64,000 nt of DNA from an uncultured delta proteobacterium. GTDB lineage: Bacteria; Desulfobacterota; Desulfomonilia; Desulfomonilales; Desulfomonilaceae. The notes beneath the pieces were generated by a model. That model was given only the letters and a program-made list of their open reading frames with translations, was not told the DNA's origin and did not search any database. Every line of letters starts with the position of its first letter. Position 1 is the first letter of the stretch. Made by a program: the position numbers and the translations under genes. Below are positions 31,219-41,800 of the stretch, piece after piece. The stretch is from NCBI GenBank assembly GCA_963789265.1, contig CAWBKB010000007.1, positions 96,001 to 160,000 on the forward strand. The letters run 5' to 3'.

Positions 31219-32001
31219 GTGAACCTCGAGGAGTTATCTCTGGATGAAAAGCCTTTCGAGACTCGAACGAATCCGGATGAATATGACGAGGCTCTCGATG
31301 ATGGGCAGGAACTCGACGATCTCTCGCGGTCAAACGACGGTGATGACGGTGGAGCGCAAGAGCCTACTGATTCGGAAAAGATTGAAGACAAGTTCTCTTC
31401 TCCGGAAGAGCTTATGGCCGCGTACAGGACAACGGAAAGCCGGTAGCTGGAGAAGGCCGGCGAAGCTGACGAGTACCGCCGCATGCTCGATCAGATGGGG
31501 CACAACGCCAGTGTGCTTCTTCGCCGTGCGGACGAGGATGCCTTCATACACGACATGCGTGAATCGTTCCAAAAGGACCCGGTGGCTACAACAGCCATGA
31601 TGATCAAGAAGTTTCAGGAAGGATCCCTGCACGACATCGAAGCCAGGATCGCCGGGACCGTTCGAGATCAAGAGAATTTCAGGAGCCTTTTCGACGACTT
31701 CTTGAATGACCCGGTGAATTCTCGCTTGAAACCCTACGAGCAGGAATTGGAGTTTCTTATTCGGGATAAAGGGCTCTTCCCGGATGAAGCCGCAAACTTG
31801 TTAAGGAGCGTCGAGAAGAAACGAGAGCTGGCGACAAAACGGAGATCCGCTGCAGCCAATGAGGTGAGAAACCGGGCTGCGGTCGAAAGTGGAGGCGAAA
31901 TCAACGAGCCGGTGGACAACGACAAGGATTTCTACCGCCGGATGAAAAAAGCCAAGACTCTGGACGAAATGTTCGCAGCACTGCGTAAGACAAAGTTCTA
32001 G
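31219..32001 (+). CDS. Putative capsid scaffolding protein with an in-frame TAG at 31444-31446
   Basis: Acidic N-terminus; KFSSPEELMAAY motif; the frame continues past TAG into the 31483 ORF; lies between portal and capsid. Confidence 0.65.
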
Positions 32002-32079
32002 AGCATGAGAGGAGGGGCTTCTGCGAATCTGGTCGCCAGCCTCTGCCTGCTCGGTGCTAGCTTAGCGCCGCGTTCGGCG

Positions 32080-32170
32080 GGACTCCCCCCTTTCTTAAAG
32101 GGGGGTTAGGGGTGATTTTGCTTTAACCTCTTGAAAATCCCCCTAAATCCCCCTTTAGAAAAGGGGGACG
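32080..32170. repeat. REP-like palindrome; related copy at 45104-45192
   Basis: CCCCCTTT...AAAGGGGG...AAATCCCCCTAAATCCCCCTTTAGAAAAGGGGGAC. Confidence 0.75.
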
Positions 32171-32299
32171 TTGAGGCCTCTCATCGCTCTAATGAAATTG
32201 CCCATAAGTCAACGCTTGTAGGGTTCTTCTGCATTACACCTAACCGCGGGTGCATACACGCTGCAAACCGCCCCAGAAAACACCAAGGAGTCAATTGAT

Positions 32300-33517
32300 A
32301 TGGCCGGAAACGTTTCTGATTTCATGAAGCTCTGGACCCAAAGCGACCAGGCTTCAGAGCGCCTGCTCCAAAAGTTCTTGCTCGTGGGACTGGACAAAGT
32401 CGTTCAAGGCCAGAGCGATGTCCTCGCCAAGATCCCCGTGGGTCAGCCCGCAACGGGGCCGGTGGTACGATGGCTGGAAGAATGGGGATATCCATCGCAA
32501 GTTACTGCAACCCTTGCCGGAAATATTTTGACATTTTCGGGCTATCTGTTCGGCCGTCCGGTAGATGCAGATTCCATAAAGAAAGTGATCCGAACCGGAA
32601 CCATCCTGGAACGCCCGACTGACGGAGTTCAGGCAAAAGTCTCGTCTGTAGACGGTTTAACCGCCACGGTCGCGGCCTACGGCAACACCACTTTGAGCAA
32701 CGATTCCGGATCGGTCGGCTGGGACATCATTTCTGAAGTGTGGTCCGACTACCGTGACGCCACTGACCCGCGATCTCTGGACAGGATCTTCCGAGAGGTC
32801 GGAACTCAGATCCATGCGGAGACCTTCGAGATTCCCAAGACCCGCAAAAACACCAAGTACGAGATCGTGGCCGATGAGACCCAGCATCAGATAACCGCGC
32901 TCTTGGACAAGCTCAGACGACAGCTCGCCTTCGCGGTGCTCCGCTCCAGGCCGTACTATGACGGTTCGGACTACGTGTACGGGAACAAAACGGAAGAGCC
33001 CACCATGTGCGGCCTTTGCACGTGGCCTGTGATCACGCAGAGCGAACTCTCCAATCCGAACGTGTACGTCAACAAGAACTCGGTTGCTCTGACAAAAACG
33101 GATCTGGACAATCTCGCCAGACACCTGTGGCTGGACGAACAGGCCGATTACAACAAAGGGGACTGGCACATAGTTTGCCACCCGCTCACGCACCAGTATA
33201 TCCACGATTTTGACATCTCGTACCGCAGAATGGAAAAGGACGAAAAAGGCGTCGGATTCTACGTGGATCATTTTGACTCCAAAATCGGCAAGAGTTTTCC
33301 GATTCTTCCTGACAGGTACATGCGGCCCGATGTGCTGATGATCGTCAACTTCGGTGCCACGAAATACGGCTATTTTGCCAACGACAGACTCGATCGCAAG
33401 GAGATCCCCACTCAGGGAAGATATCAGCGCTGGCTGATCTCCTTCCAGACTTACGGGGTGGTGGTTCGCGGGCCAAGATCCAACATCGGCATGATCTTCG
33501 GCCTGCCCACGAGTTGA
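32300..33517 (+). CDS. Major capsid protein (DUF5309/SU10-like HK97 fold)
   Basis: 405 aa; VRWLEE, TQIHAETFEIPKT, TMCGL, LTKTDLDNL pattern; AAGGAG RBS; follows the scaffold gene. Confidence 0.8.
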   Translation: MAGNVSDFMKLWTQSDQASERLLQKFLLVGLDKVVQGQSDVLAKIPVGQPATGPVVRWLEEWGYPSQVTATLAGNILTFSGYLFGRPVDADSIKKVIRTGTILERPTDGVQAKVSSVDGLTATVAAYGNTTLSNDSGSVGWDIISEVWSDYRDATDPRSLDRIFREVGTQIHAETFEIPKTRKNTKYEIVADETQHQITALLDKLRRQLAFAVLRSRPYYDGSDYVYGNKTEEPTMCGLCTWPVITQSELSNPNVYVNKNSVALTKTDLDNLARHLWLDEQADYNKGDWHIVCHPLTHQYIHDFDISYRRMEKDEKGVGFYVDHFDSKIGKSFPILPDRYMRPDVLMIVNFGATKYGYFANDRLDRKEIPTQGRYQRWLISFQTYGVVVRGPRSNIGMIFGLPTS

Positions 33518-33575
33518 TTCATGAATTTCATTTGATTGGCCGTGGAACTTGCTTACAGAGGCGAGCAACCGGCAT

Positions 33576-33855
33576 CCCGCGTCTCGCGCATAGGCGTTAA
33601 GTTAAGCAGCAATTTTGTAGGATGTGCTGAGCGAAGCGAAGCGCATCGATTGTGTAAGACGGAGCGCTGACGCGGCCGATGCGCTTCCCCTGCTTTGGCA
33701 GGGTTCAGCACATCCTACATGTTGAACAGCAGTTTTTATTACGCGGCGCACTTAACTTAACGCGAATGCACGTCTCGCGAGACCGGTCCTACTGGGTGCC
33801 AGCGTACGCGGGCATGACGATATGTAGGGACGGGTTTGAAACCCGCCCCTACCGA
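33576..33855. repeat. MITE/REP-like nested palindromes
   Basis: GCGTTAAGTTAAG...CTTAACTTAACGC termini (same end at 45024-45055); inner GTAGGATGTGCTGA...TCAGCACATCCTAC. Confidence 0.7.
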
Positions 33856-34035
33856 ACTTGCTCCCAGATGAATCGGTATCAGCCGTTCCAGAGTGACGAC
33901 AAAACCAATTTATTTCCCAATCAGCTCCCGGAGAAAAGCTTTTCTCCAAGGCCCGGCGCTTATTACTGAACTTTAATTGCAAGGGGACCTACCGCGGCTG
34001 GGCCGGGTCCCCACCTTCGAACCGAAAGAGGATAA

Positions 34036-34359
34036 ATGATGAAACCTGTTCCAAGGGATGATAACGGCCATCCGCTCCTGGACCGAGGCACGGAACTCTT
34101 CACGACTCGAATTGTAGGGCAAGACACCACAATGTCGCCGTTGGCATTGCCTACTGATTGCAAGGAGGTGCTCTTGCACGTGGAATCAGGGACCGAGATC
34201 CTGCTCGTGAGCGGCACCATAGAGGGCTCCACTGCCGCCAGGCTTACGGATTCCGGTTTCAGTTGGGCGGTTCCCATCACAGCGGCGAGTGGCAGCACTA
34301 TTGCCTATCTGGCTGCCGCGACGGGCACGTGCAACATAAGCATCTTTGCTTGGAGGTGA
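34036..34359 (+). CDS. Small virion-associated beta-rich protein
   Basis: RBS; position after the capsid gene. Confidence 0.55.
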   Translation: MMKPVPRDDNGHPLLDRGTELFTTRIVGQDTTMSPLALPTDCKEVLLHVESGTEILLVSGTIEGSTAARLTDSGFSWAVPITAASGSTIAYLAAATGTCNISIFAWR

Positions 34360-34362
34360 AAT

Positions 34363-35658
34363 GTGGGCAACATGGTTATCGTTGCCGGCCGAGGTGGGCA
34401 AAGCGCCCCTACGGGTATTGAGCGAATTACCGTGCCGTCAGGTCGCTTGACCGTCCCTCCTGCTTACATGCAGACTTCCGGCGATGCTGCTGTTCAGTCG
34501 AGCGTGGCAACCGGCGGTATGGCCTTTTTCGGCTGGACTCAAGAAGCGGATTTTGCTCTCTCTTCGTTCAGCGTTTATCTAAACACCGTGACAACGCCGG
34601 GGATCTTTTCGTGGAACCTCTCTGAGGCAGATTCGAACGGTGATCCAATAGTTGGAGACGACGATCCTTACGGTGAAATTACCAGCGGGTCAAGCGCCGG
34701 AGTTTGGTTACGGACGACATTTGTGCCGGTACAGCTACAGCGTGGGAAAAGATACTGTCTTGTTTTCGGCGTGTCAGGATCATGCAACGTTTCTTATTCT
34801 GCTCGCAGGCAAAATCCGGCCATAGGCTCAGGGCATCCCCCGGGCTGTTGGAGCAAAACGAGCACGGACGGGGGAACGACCTGGTCCGATCTTCAGCAGG
34901 ACTCGCGGCCGGCTCTCTTGAATTTAGTGCTCAATTCCACTGCCCATCACTCCCCACAACTTTACTTCGGTCAATATTCCGGCGAGTCCGTGTACCTGCC
35001 GGGAGCGGGCCTACGAACGATTCCTCCGGTAGGAATCCCTTTTGATTGCGAAAGCTTGACTCCAGATACGCTTTACAATGTGTATTTGTGGGACAATACC
35101 GGCACGTTGACACTGGAAGCAGCGACTACGGGTCGCACAATGAGTGAAGGTATCGAGATCAAATCTGCATCACCGGGAGGGCTTTATCTGGGGCTCATCT
35201 ATCCCATCGAGAGACAGTCCGGCTTTCAGGCCCCAATCAAAGTCCCCGATTGGATGGGAGTGTATAACGCCTACAGCCGGCGCACGACCTTCGTGGGCAA
35301 GCCCAATCCCTACTCAGCAACGACGGAGGGTTCAGGATCAGACACCAATTGGGTCGCTATCAGCGATTTCGCGGCCAAGTTTGTGACAGGGGAGCAGTGC
35401 CGGTTGGCGTCGGACTTCGGCCTCGCGTCAGTGAACTCCACAAGACTTACCATCTTGCTGGACGGAGTCGCCCTGCCCCTTGTTCCCATAGTATGGACCA
35501 CTCGCACATCGGATCTTGTCTCTGTTCACGCCGAATTCGTGCTGTCCGAAGGTTGTCACACGGTGTGCCCTGCCGCGTCCGGATGGCCTGCCTTCGATTA
35601 TTCCCTGTACGATCCTATATACGGAAGCAGTTCATTGACAGGGGAGATCATGGCGTAA
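34363..35658 (+). CDS. Putative tail fibre/decoration protein
   Basis: S/T/G-rich beta composition; LTPDTLYNVYLWDNTGTLTLE and GVYNAYSRR motifs seen in tail fibres. Confidence 0.55.
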   Translation: MGNMVIVAGRGGQSAPTGIERITVPSGRLTVPPAYMQTSGDAAVQSSVATGGMAFFGWTQEADFALSSFSVYLNTVTTPGIFSWNLSEADSNGDPIVGDDDPYGEITSGSSAGVWLRTTFVPVQLQRGKRYCLVFGVSGSCNVSYSARRQNPAIGSGHPPGCWSKTSTDGGTTWSDLQQDSRPALLNLVLNSTAHHSPQLYFGQYSGESVYLPGAGLRTIPPVGIPFDCESLTPDTLYNVYLWDNTGTLTLEAATTGRTMSEGIEIKSASPGGLYLGLIYPIERQSGFQAPIKVPDWMGVYNAYSRRTTFVGKPNPYSATTEGSGSDTNWVAISDFAAKFVTGEQCRLASDFGLASVNSTRLTILLDGVALPLVPIVWTTRTSDLVSVHAEFVLSEGCHTVCPAASGWPAFDYSLYDPIYGSSSLTGEIMA

Positions 35659-35762
35659 AGCGCATCGGCGGTGCTCGAACAGCAAAAGTTGGGCAAAAGA
35701 CGGCACTTTCCTTGGCCTCTGCGACTTCCACGGTGAATGATTTTCGTCCGAGAGGATTGTAA

Positions 35763-36116
35763 ATGTCCCCCAACATGTCCGATCGCGAATTGCTTGAACA
35801 TCTCAGGCTTGACGTGGCCGTCATCAAAGAGAAGCTCCCTCTTCTCGAAAAAATCAGCAATTGCCTGAGCAACCTGAAGAGCAACTGCCGGACCCGCCAC
35901 GAGGATTTGGAGAAGGCACGCCATCGGCGGCACGAAAGACACGAAGTACGATTCTCCGAGCTGGAAACAGCACAAAGAATGGCCCACACCTTTTACGAAG
36001 CTCACGCCTCGTGGACAAATAGGCATAGAGCACTCTTCTGGTCCTCCGTAGTCGCGGTCGCTACCTCGGCGCAGGTGCTGGCGACAGTTATCTTGCACTT
36101 CTTGTCGGTACATTGA
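35763..36116 (+). CDS. Coiled-coil protein with a C-terminal TM (lysis-module-like)
   Basis: Single C-terminal hydrophobic helix. Confidence 0.55.
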   Translation: MSPNMSDRELLEHLRLDVAVIKEKLPLLEKISNCLSNLKSNCRTRHEDLEKARHRRHERHEVRFSELETAQRMAHTFYEAHASWTNRHRALFWSSVVAVATSAQVLATVILHFLSVH

Positions 36117-36472
36117 GCCACGGAATCAGAACTAACCGCAGAGAACGCTGAGACCGCAGAGTAAAACAAAACTTGTTCAACGTCATGCGCGTCATCAATG
36201 CGAGTAGCAGGGCCGCATTTGCCTGCATTGTCACAGACCGGAATGGGCCGTGCTCCATCAGTTAGACGGGCACGGGAAAATAGACTTCTCCGCGGTCTCT
36301 GCGATCTTCGCGGCGCATCCTCAATGCCCGGTGAACGTCTGCACTAAGTGAGTCAGAACAGCGCCGGGGAACTTCACCATAATAGACCGAAATCTCCTTT
36401 GGCAACGGGAACTTGATCCAGCAACTTGGCTTGGACTTGACCAGGCTAGAATTCGCTTAGTTGGGAGGCGCC

Positions 36473-36772
36473 ATGTTGAGAGAAATCAAACAGTGGATTA
36501 TCGCATCGACCGCCGGGGTTCTCGGAATCGCCGCATTGCTTTTCGTGAGCCCATGGGTACTCCCGGACGATCCGGCCGCTCTCTTGCGCTACGTCATCAT
36601 CCGGGTGATTGCGGTATTGATTGGCATGATTGCCCTGACAGGAGGAATGCTCTTCGTGGATTTCATAACCCCTGACGATTGGATGGATGGAATTGGGAAA
36701 GACCATACAGCTTCAGCTATTCTCATGTCTGCTGTCGTGCTTGTTATTGGCGCAATTCTTTGCTGGACCTGA
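36473..36772 (+). CDS. 3-TM membrane protein (DUF350/holin-like)
   Basis: GGAGG RBS; VDFITP..W...I....TASAILMSAV. Confidence 0.65.
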   Translation: MLREIKQWIIASTAGVLGIAALLFVSPWVLPDDPAALLRYVIIRVIAVLIGMIALTGGMLFVDFITPDDWMDGIGKDHTASAILMSAVVLVIGAILCWT

Positions 36773-37211
36773 CGCCTGGGCTCTCACTCCGGCTTACCGG
36801 AGCTCCCTGAAGCGGCAGTTAACATTCATCGTAGCAAAACATCCGAAATATTCCTGGGGCGGGAGTGACAGCCTCGATCTGGGATTGGACTGCTCAGGCT
36901 ACATTTTCCTAGCTTCCAAATGGGCGGGAATTCCCGGGATCACTCGCACCACTGCATTGCGCATGTCGTTGGGATTGGGTGGGTGGCAGGGCAAGGACAT
37001 CGACCGCTCCCAGGCTGATGAATGTGACCTCTCATTTTGGACGTTCAAAGAAGAGAGGCTAAACGGCCACGTTGGAGCCTTCCTTTGCGGGCCTGACAAT
37101 GCAATGCAGGTCACTCACGCCAGCCTGAGAAGAGGTATCGTGCTCGATCGGCTAGATGGGCTGCTCCTGCAAAAACTAACCAAGGTTCGAAGACTAACCA
37201 TAGGAGACTGA
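36687..37211 (+). CDS. NlpC/P60 (C40) cell-wall peptidase
   Basis: YSWGG...GLDCSGYI...GHVG...THAS; signal-like N-terminus. Confidence 0.85.
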   Translation: MELGKTIQLQLFSCLLSCLLLAQFFAGPDAWALTPAYRSSLKRQLTFIVAKHPKYSWGGSDSLDLGLDCSGYIFLASKWAGIPGITRTTALRMSLGLGGWQGKDIDRSQADECDLSFWTFKEERLNGHVGAFLCGPDNAMQVTHASLRRGIVLDRLDGLLLQKLTKVRRLTIGD

Positions 37212-37213
37212 AA

Positions 37214-37411
37214 ATGGATTCAACAAAGGTATGGTGGACTTCAAAAACAATATGGACGAATGTCATTGCCTTGATAGGGTCAGTTGTTATCGCTGTAGGC
37301 TTTGATCCCGGACGTTGGGCTGAGATTTCGACTGTTTCACTATCTGTGGTGAACCTGATTCTCAGGCTTTACACAAAGGAGCCCATTTCTCTCGATTCGG
37401 GAGGGAATTGA
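37214..37411 (+). CDS. Putative holin
   Basis: KVWWTSKTIWTN...VNLILRLYTKEPI; 2 TM; precedes an endolysin. Confidence 0.7.
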   Translation: MDSTKVWWTSKTIWTNVIALIGSVVIAVGFDPGRWAEISTVSLSVVNLILRLYTKEPISLDSGGN

Positions 37412-37878
37412 TGGCTCAACACAAAAGGAGACAGAAAGCTTTGCCCCCAGGAAGCGCGGAATCTGTCACTGCTGACACGGTTCATCAGCCTCGTGCGGAC
37501 TGGGGACAGATCAAGAATTTTACACCTCGCGACTTCACGTGCAAATGTGAAGGTCTCTGTGGACATCCGGATGTAATTTCACCGGATCTGGTGGCAAAAC
37601 TCGACAAGGTCCAAGATCTCGTCGGCCTGCCTGTCACTATTCGGTTCGGGACTCGGTGCGAAAAATTCAATCGGAAATCCGGCGGCAGAGAGCGCTCGTC
37701 CCACACGGTCAAGGATGGAGTCAGTCACGCTGCCGATATTCACTGCCCGGATGCGAGCTTTAGGTTTGCGTTCCTCACTGCTGCGCTCCCAATTTTCAAT
37801 AGGATAGGCATAGGTAAAGACTTCGTTCATGTTGATGATGATCCTGAATTGCCGCAAAACGCCGTGTGGATTCGGTGA
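37411..37878 (+). CDS. Peptidase M15A family endolysin
   Basis: NFTPRDFTCKC, RC..N, SSH...AADI, RIGIGKDFVHVD. Confidence 0.85.
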   Translation: MAQHKRRQKALPPGSAESVTADTVHQPRADWGQIKNFTPRDFTCKCEGLCGHPDVISPDLVAKLDKVQDLVGLPVTIRFGTRCEKFNRKSGGRERSSHTVKDGVSHAADIHCPDASFRFAFLTAALPIFNRIGIGKDFVHVDDDPELPQNAVWIR

Positions 37879-37893
37879 GCAAAGGGAGGAATC

Positions 37894-38568
37894 ATGGCTA
37901 CCGCGCAGGATGATACGCAGGCTTCCACTTGTGAGGGTAGAGTTGGGACCATCATTGACACTGCTCGGGATCTTTTCAACGAGGCGGCAGGAGCATTCCT
38001 CACTCAGGCATTCATTTTGCGCTGTATCAATCTATGCCAGCAGGATATTGCCAAGGATGAATACTGGCGCCGCGAATCCTGGGTTCCCAGCCTCTCCGGC
38101 ATAAACGAGATGGATCTTCTCAACGTTATCCCACAATATCAACGTTTGCACCAACTTCGTTTCTGCTCAGGCAGAGACCCGATGATCCCTCTAGGGAGCT
38201 TTCAAGAATACGAGGAGCTGAAAACCGCCTCCAACGCACCCGGGCTTCCGGAATATTACGTGGTGCAAAACAGCACGGTGTTCGTATGGCCGCCGCCTGA
38301 CCAGAACCTACAATCCGGCTTCTGCGTCTACCATTCTTATCTGCCTGATGATTTAACGTGTTCGGCGGTCAATCCGAACCCTCCCGTGCCAAAAGCCCAC
38401 GACATGATGTTCGTGTACTTCGTGTTGAAACACGCCTTCTTGAGGGACCGTCACGCTCCTGGAGCGGATATCAAGTTTCAGGAGTACTCTGCCTTGTACG
38501 AGCGAGAGAAACAAAAGCTGCTCGCCGCAGGGGATGCCCCGGGCATTTCTCTAAGGTCCTACAGGTAG
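37894..38568 (+). CDS. Head-tail adaptor (tail tubular protein A-like)
   Basis: IIDTARDL...INLCQQDI...GLPEYY......VWPPPD...PVPKAHDMM. Confidence 0.7.
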   Translation: MATAQDDTQASTCEGRVGTIIDTARDLFNEAAGAFLTQAFILRCINLCQQDIAKDEYWRRESWVPSLSGINEMDLLNVIPQYQRLHQLRFCSGRDPMIPLGSFQEYEELKTASNAPGLPEYYVVQNSTVFVWPPPDQNLQSGFCVYHSYLPDDLTCSAVNPNPPVPKAHDMMFVYFVLKHAFLRDRHAPGADIKFQEYSALYEREKQKLLAAGDAPGISLRSYR

Positions 38569-38634
38569 CTCTAGGAAGGCTCGCCTGCCGGGCGGAAGCC
38601 CTTTGGAGTATCCATTCGCTTAAGTGCGGCAAGC

Positions 38635-38721
38635 TGTCATTGCGAGGAGCGAAGTGACGAAGCAATCTCTCTTTTAATCCAGTAAATCCAACGAGATTGC
38701 TTCGCTGCGCTCGCAATGACA
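38635..38721. repeat. REP-like palindrome family A
   Basis: TGTCATTGCGAGGAGCGAAGTGACGAAGCAATCTC...GAGATTGCTTCGCTGCGCTCGCAATGACA. Confidence 0.85.
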
Positions 38722-38813
38722 AACAAGCCCCCTAGTTCTTCCCCCGCGAGAGTGAATGGTTGCCTTTGGAGCCCCTCGGGGGGACCGGCCTTTCACGGTT
38801 TCAAGAAAGGGAT

Positions 38814-41800
38814 ATGACGTTGACACAGGATTCATACCGCACGACTAATCTCTTCGACTGGACTGGTGGGATAGTTGGCCGAAGACACAACCCACTCCAT
38901 TTTCCAACAAACGCTCTTGCAGCCGGTGAAAATGTAGATCTTACGGACGGCTCTCTTCGCACCCGGCCAGGTTCGTCTCTCATGTCCGATGATTCTCTTC
39001 CCTCCGGCGAAGTCATAGCGCTTACACAGGCGCGGTTTCCGACGCAGGAAGTCAGCTATCTTGTGGCGCAGGTGGGTAAGTACGCTCCCGAATCGACCGG
39101 CTATCAGATTCTTGTCTCCGGGCCGCCTCCAAGAATCGGGCACTCAGCAGTGTGGGATACCCCGAGACATCGTATCCTCGTGTTCGGCGGGTACACGGAC
39201 GTTGATCTGTTGAATGACCTCTGGGCATTCTACTCCGCCACGGAAACATGGGAGCAGCTCAACCCTACGGGAGGTCCGCCGAGTGCCCGTGCGTTTCACA
39301 CTGCTGTTTTCGATGTTGTCACAAACCGTATGGTTGTCTTCGGTGGAACCGCTTCGGATGGCTGTCAAAACGAGGTTCTGGCTTCTCGATTGTGCGACGC
39401 TCACATGGAGTCAACAAACCTGCTCCGGCACAATTCCCGCTGCTCGATACTGGCACCAGGCGATTTATCGAAGCTCAAACCGGTCGATGCTCGTGTCCGG
39501 CGGCATGAATGATGACCTGACCCCCGCGGAACACTATTCTGCCTTTAATTACTATAGCCTGGACCTGACTTCGTTTGTTTGGGCACAGATAACGACTTCC
39601 GGTTATGACGGTCTTGCAGACCCGGCATTACAAAACCGCTATCGCCATTGCATGGCCTGCGACGAGGATACAGGGGCAATCTATCTCCTGGGCGGTGAAG
39701 TCAACTACGGCCAAGGTTTTGTGGTGGATTGCTGGGAGCTTGCCGGGAGCGTCTGGACTGAGAAAGCCGCGCCCCCTGAAGCAGTTCAGGACAGCAAGGC
39801 AATTGTTTATAGCGGGCAGTTGATTGTGAGCCTGGAGGACGGGAATTTTCTCTTTTTCGACGGCAGTCAGTGGACAACCGAGACACCGCCAAATACGAGA
39901 TCGTTCTTCTATCACACATTCACCCTGACGAATGATAATGAGCTTTACGTATGTTCCAGCGACAATGATTCTCTGGTCGATGCTCAATTTTTCGTGTGGT
40001 CGGTTAACGGGATTATCGTAGGCGGAGGTACCGGCACGGGTCCCGGAACCATCGAAAACTATAGCCTCTACGCCTGTCCGGATCATCTCCCGACATCCAC
40101 CGGGGTGTTTACAAAAATCTTTGACTTCGGTGGAGTCTGTGGCGTGTGCAAATTCGCAGTGCTCAATGATCGGATCATAATCACCGAGGGTCTTGCAAAG
40201 CCCCCGCTCGTGTGGGGCGGCTGCATGGCAGACGACGCATCTGATTGGATGCACCCCAAAGCAGTGCTTGTTTCTCAGGATGGGCAGACCTTCTACGATG
40301 TGTCGAACTGGGTATGCAATGCAGATCCGGACACGGTTGCTCAGGTGGGAGGAATCCGGCCGTGGGGGTACATGGCATTTTGTACGGATATGCCTATTGT
40401 TGAGGGTTTCTATTTCGATGTTGAGAGCCCGAACGAGGGCGTGAGCGGAGTAACGTCAAACACTTTCGAGGCCCCCCCGGCCGCGATTACTAGCGCAGAT
40501 GATATTACCCGCCAGGATCTTCGGAACGGAATTATCACGAACTGGGTGCAGTCTTCCGGAGCGTCCGGTCATTTCGCCCAGGTTGTCGCACTCGATGAGG
40601 GCCAACCCACCGTTGATGAGGGAAGCGGGAAAACAGGTCTCCCATGCACCGGACAGCCGTTCTCGACAGGTGACAGCATCGTCATCGCAGGTACCACGAA
40701 TTACAATGGAACCTACACGGTGGATGCTTCGAGCACGGCCGACGTGATCGTCATCGTTCATGCGTACACCCTGGAGACAATCGGATCGGGCGCAACCGCG
40801 ACGAGATCCGCAAACATCAGTTTAGGGACCGGAAATCAGTGTCCGGACGTGATACCCGGAACTCTTGTTGAAGTCGGCGGAAATGAGCTGATGGTTACAG
40901 CCGTTACCGGTGACGGCACAGGGGCCGCTGGGGTGGCCCTTTCGGCGGCCCAGGCATCGGCTGCCGTCACTGCAATTTACGGGATACAGGTCACGGCGAA
41001 CGGCGCCACCATCAATAGTGAGTACCAGAATACCTCGAGTACAATCAATAATTCCGTTTCAGGTTCGACTCCACTGGCCGGGTACTCGATCCGAATGGTC
41101 ATCCCGGGCTCGAGCATAACGCAAGTCGCGGATCATATTCAGATCACGTTGAAGAACGCGGCCAGCATGCCGCCATTGCCGCCGATTGCGCCGGGACACT
41201 CAAGCGTTGGGTGGTGGGCTCAGTGGGCGATCAACTGGAAAGCTGTTTCAATAGTTCCCCGCAGTGGTTCAACTGCCGATGGAACAACCACACCGACACC
41301 GGTAACATTCAATAATGGAAAGCCTGCTTCAAGCCTGGGCTCATCAACTTCAGGTAATATTTACGTTCCGCAATACAGCAAGACATGGCAGAGCGACAAA
41401 ATTCAGTTCAGTGTCACGCCAGGCGAGGATCTTCTTTTAATTCTCGATCTTGGCTGGTCGTACAATCCCGTGTGGGATGGCCGTCAGTTCAGATCGGGTG
41501 AATTGCCAAGCTGCGCGGGCACCTCGTACATCAAGGATTACGGTTGGGGAAATGCGGGCGCCTCGGCCGATCAGCAAACGGTCACTGATTTTACCGAAGT
41601 ACCTTTCGTTTACGGGCTGTCACAATTCCTCGGTACGGACATACTGGCCATTTCCCCGAGGGATAATGTCGCGGTCACGACCAATTTGCTCGAGTATAAC
41701 ACGAACCAGTACGAAGCAATCGACAGTGTAACCGTGCAGGAAACCAAGCCGGGAACATCCACGATATTTCATGCAGTGAGCTTCGACGGCCGGAATACCT

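Noticed and set aside
32657..33568. 303-aa antisense ORF and similar shadow ORFs
   Set aside because: They lie opposite well-supported genes and have no motifs.
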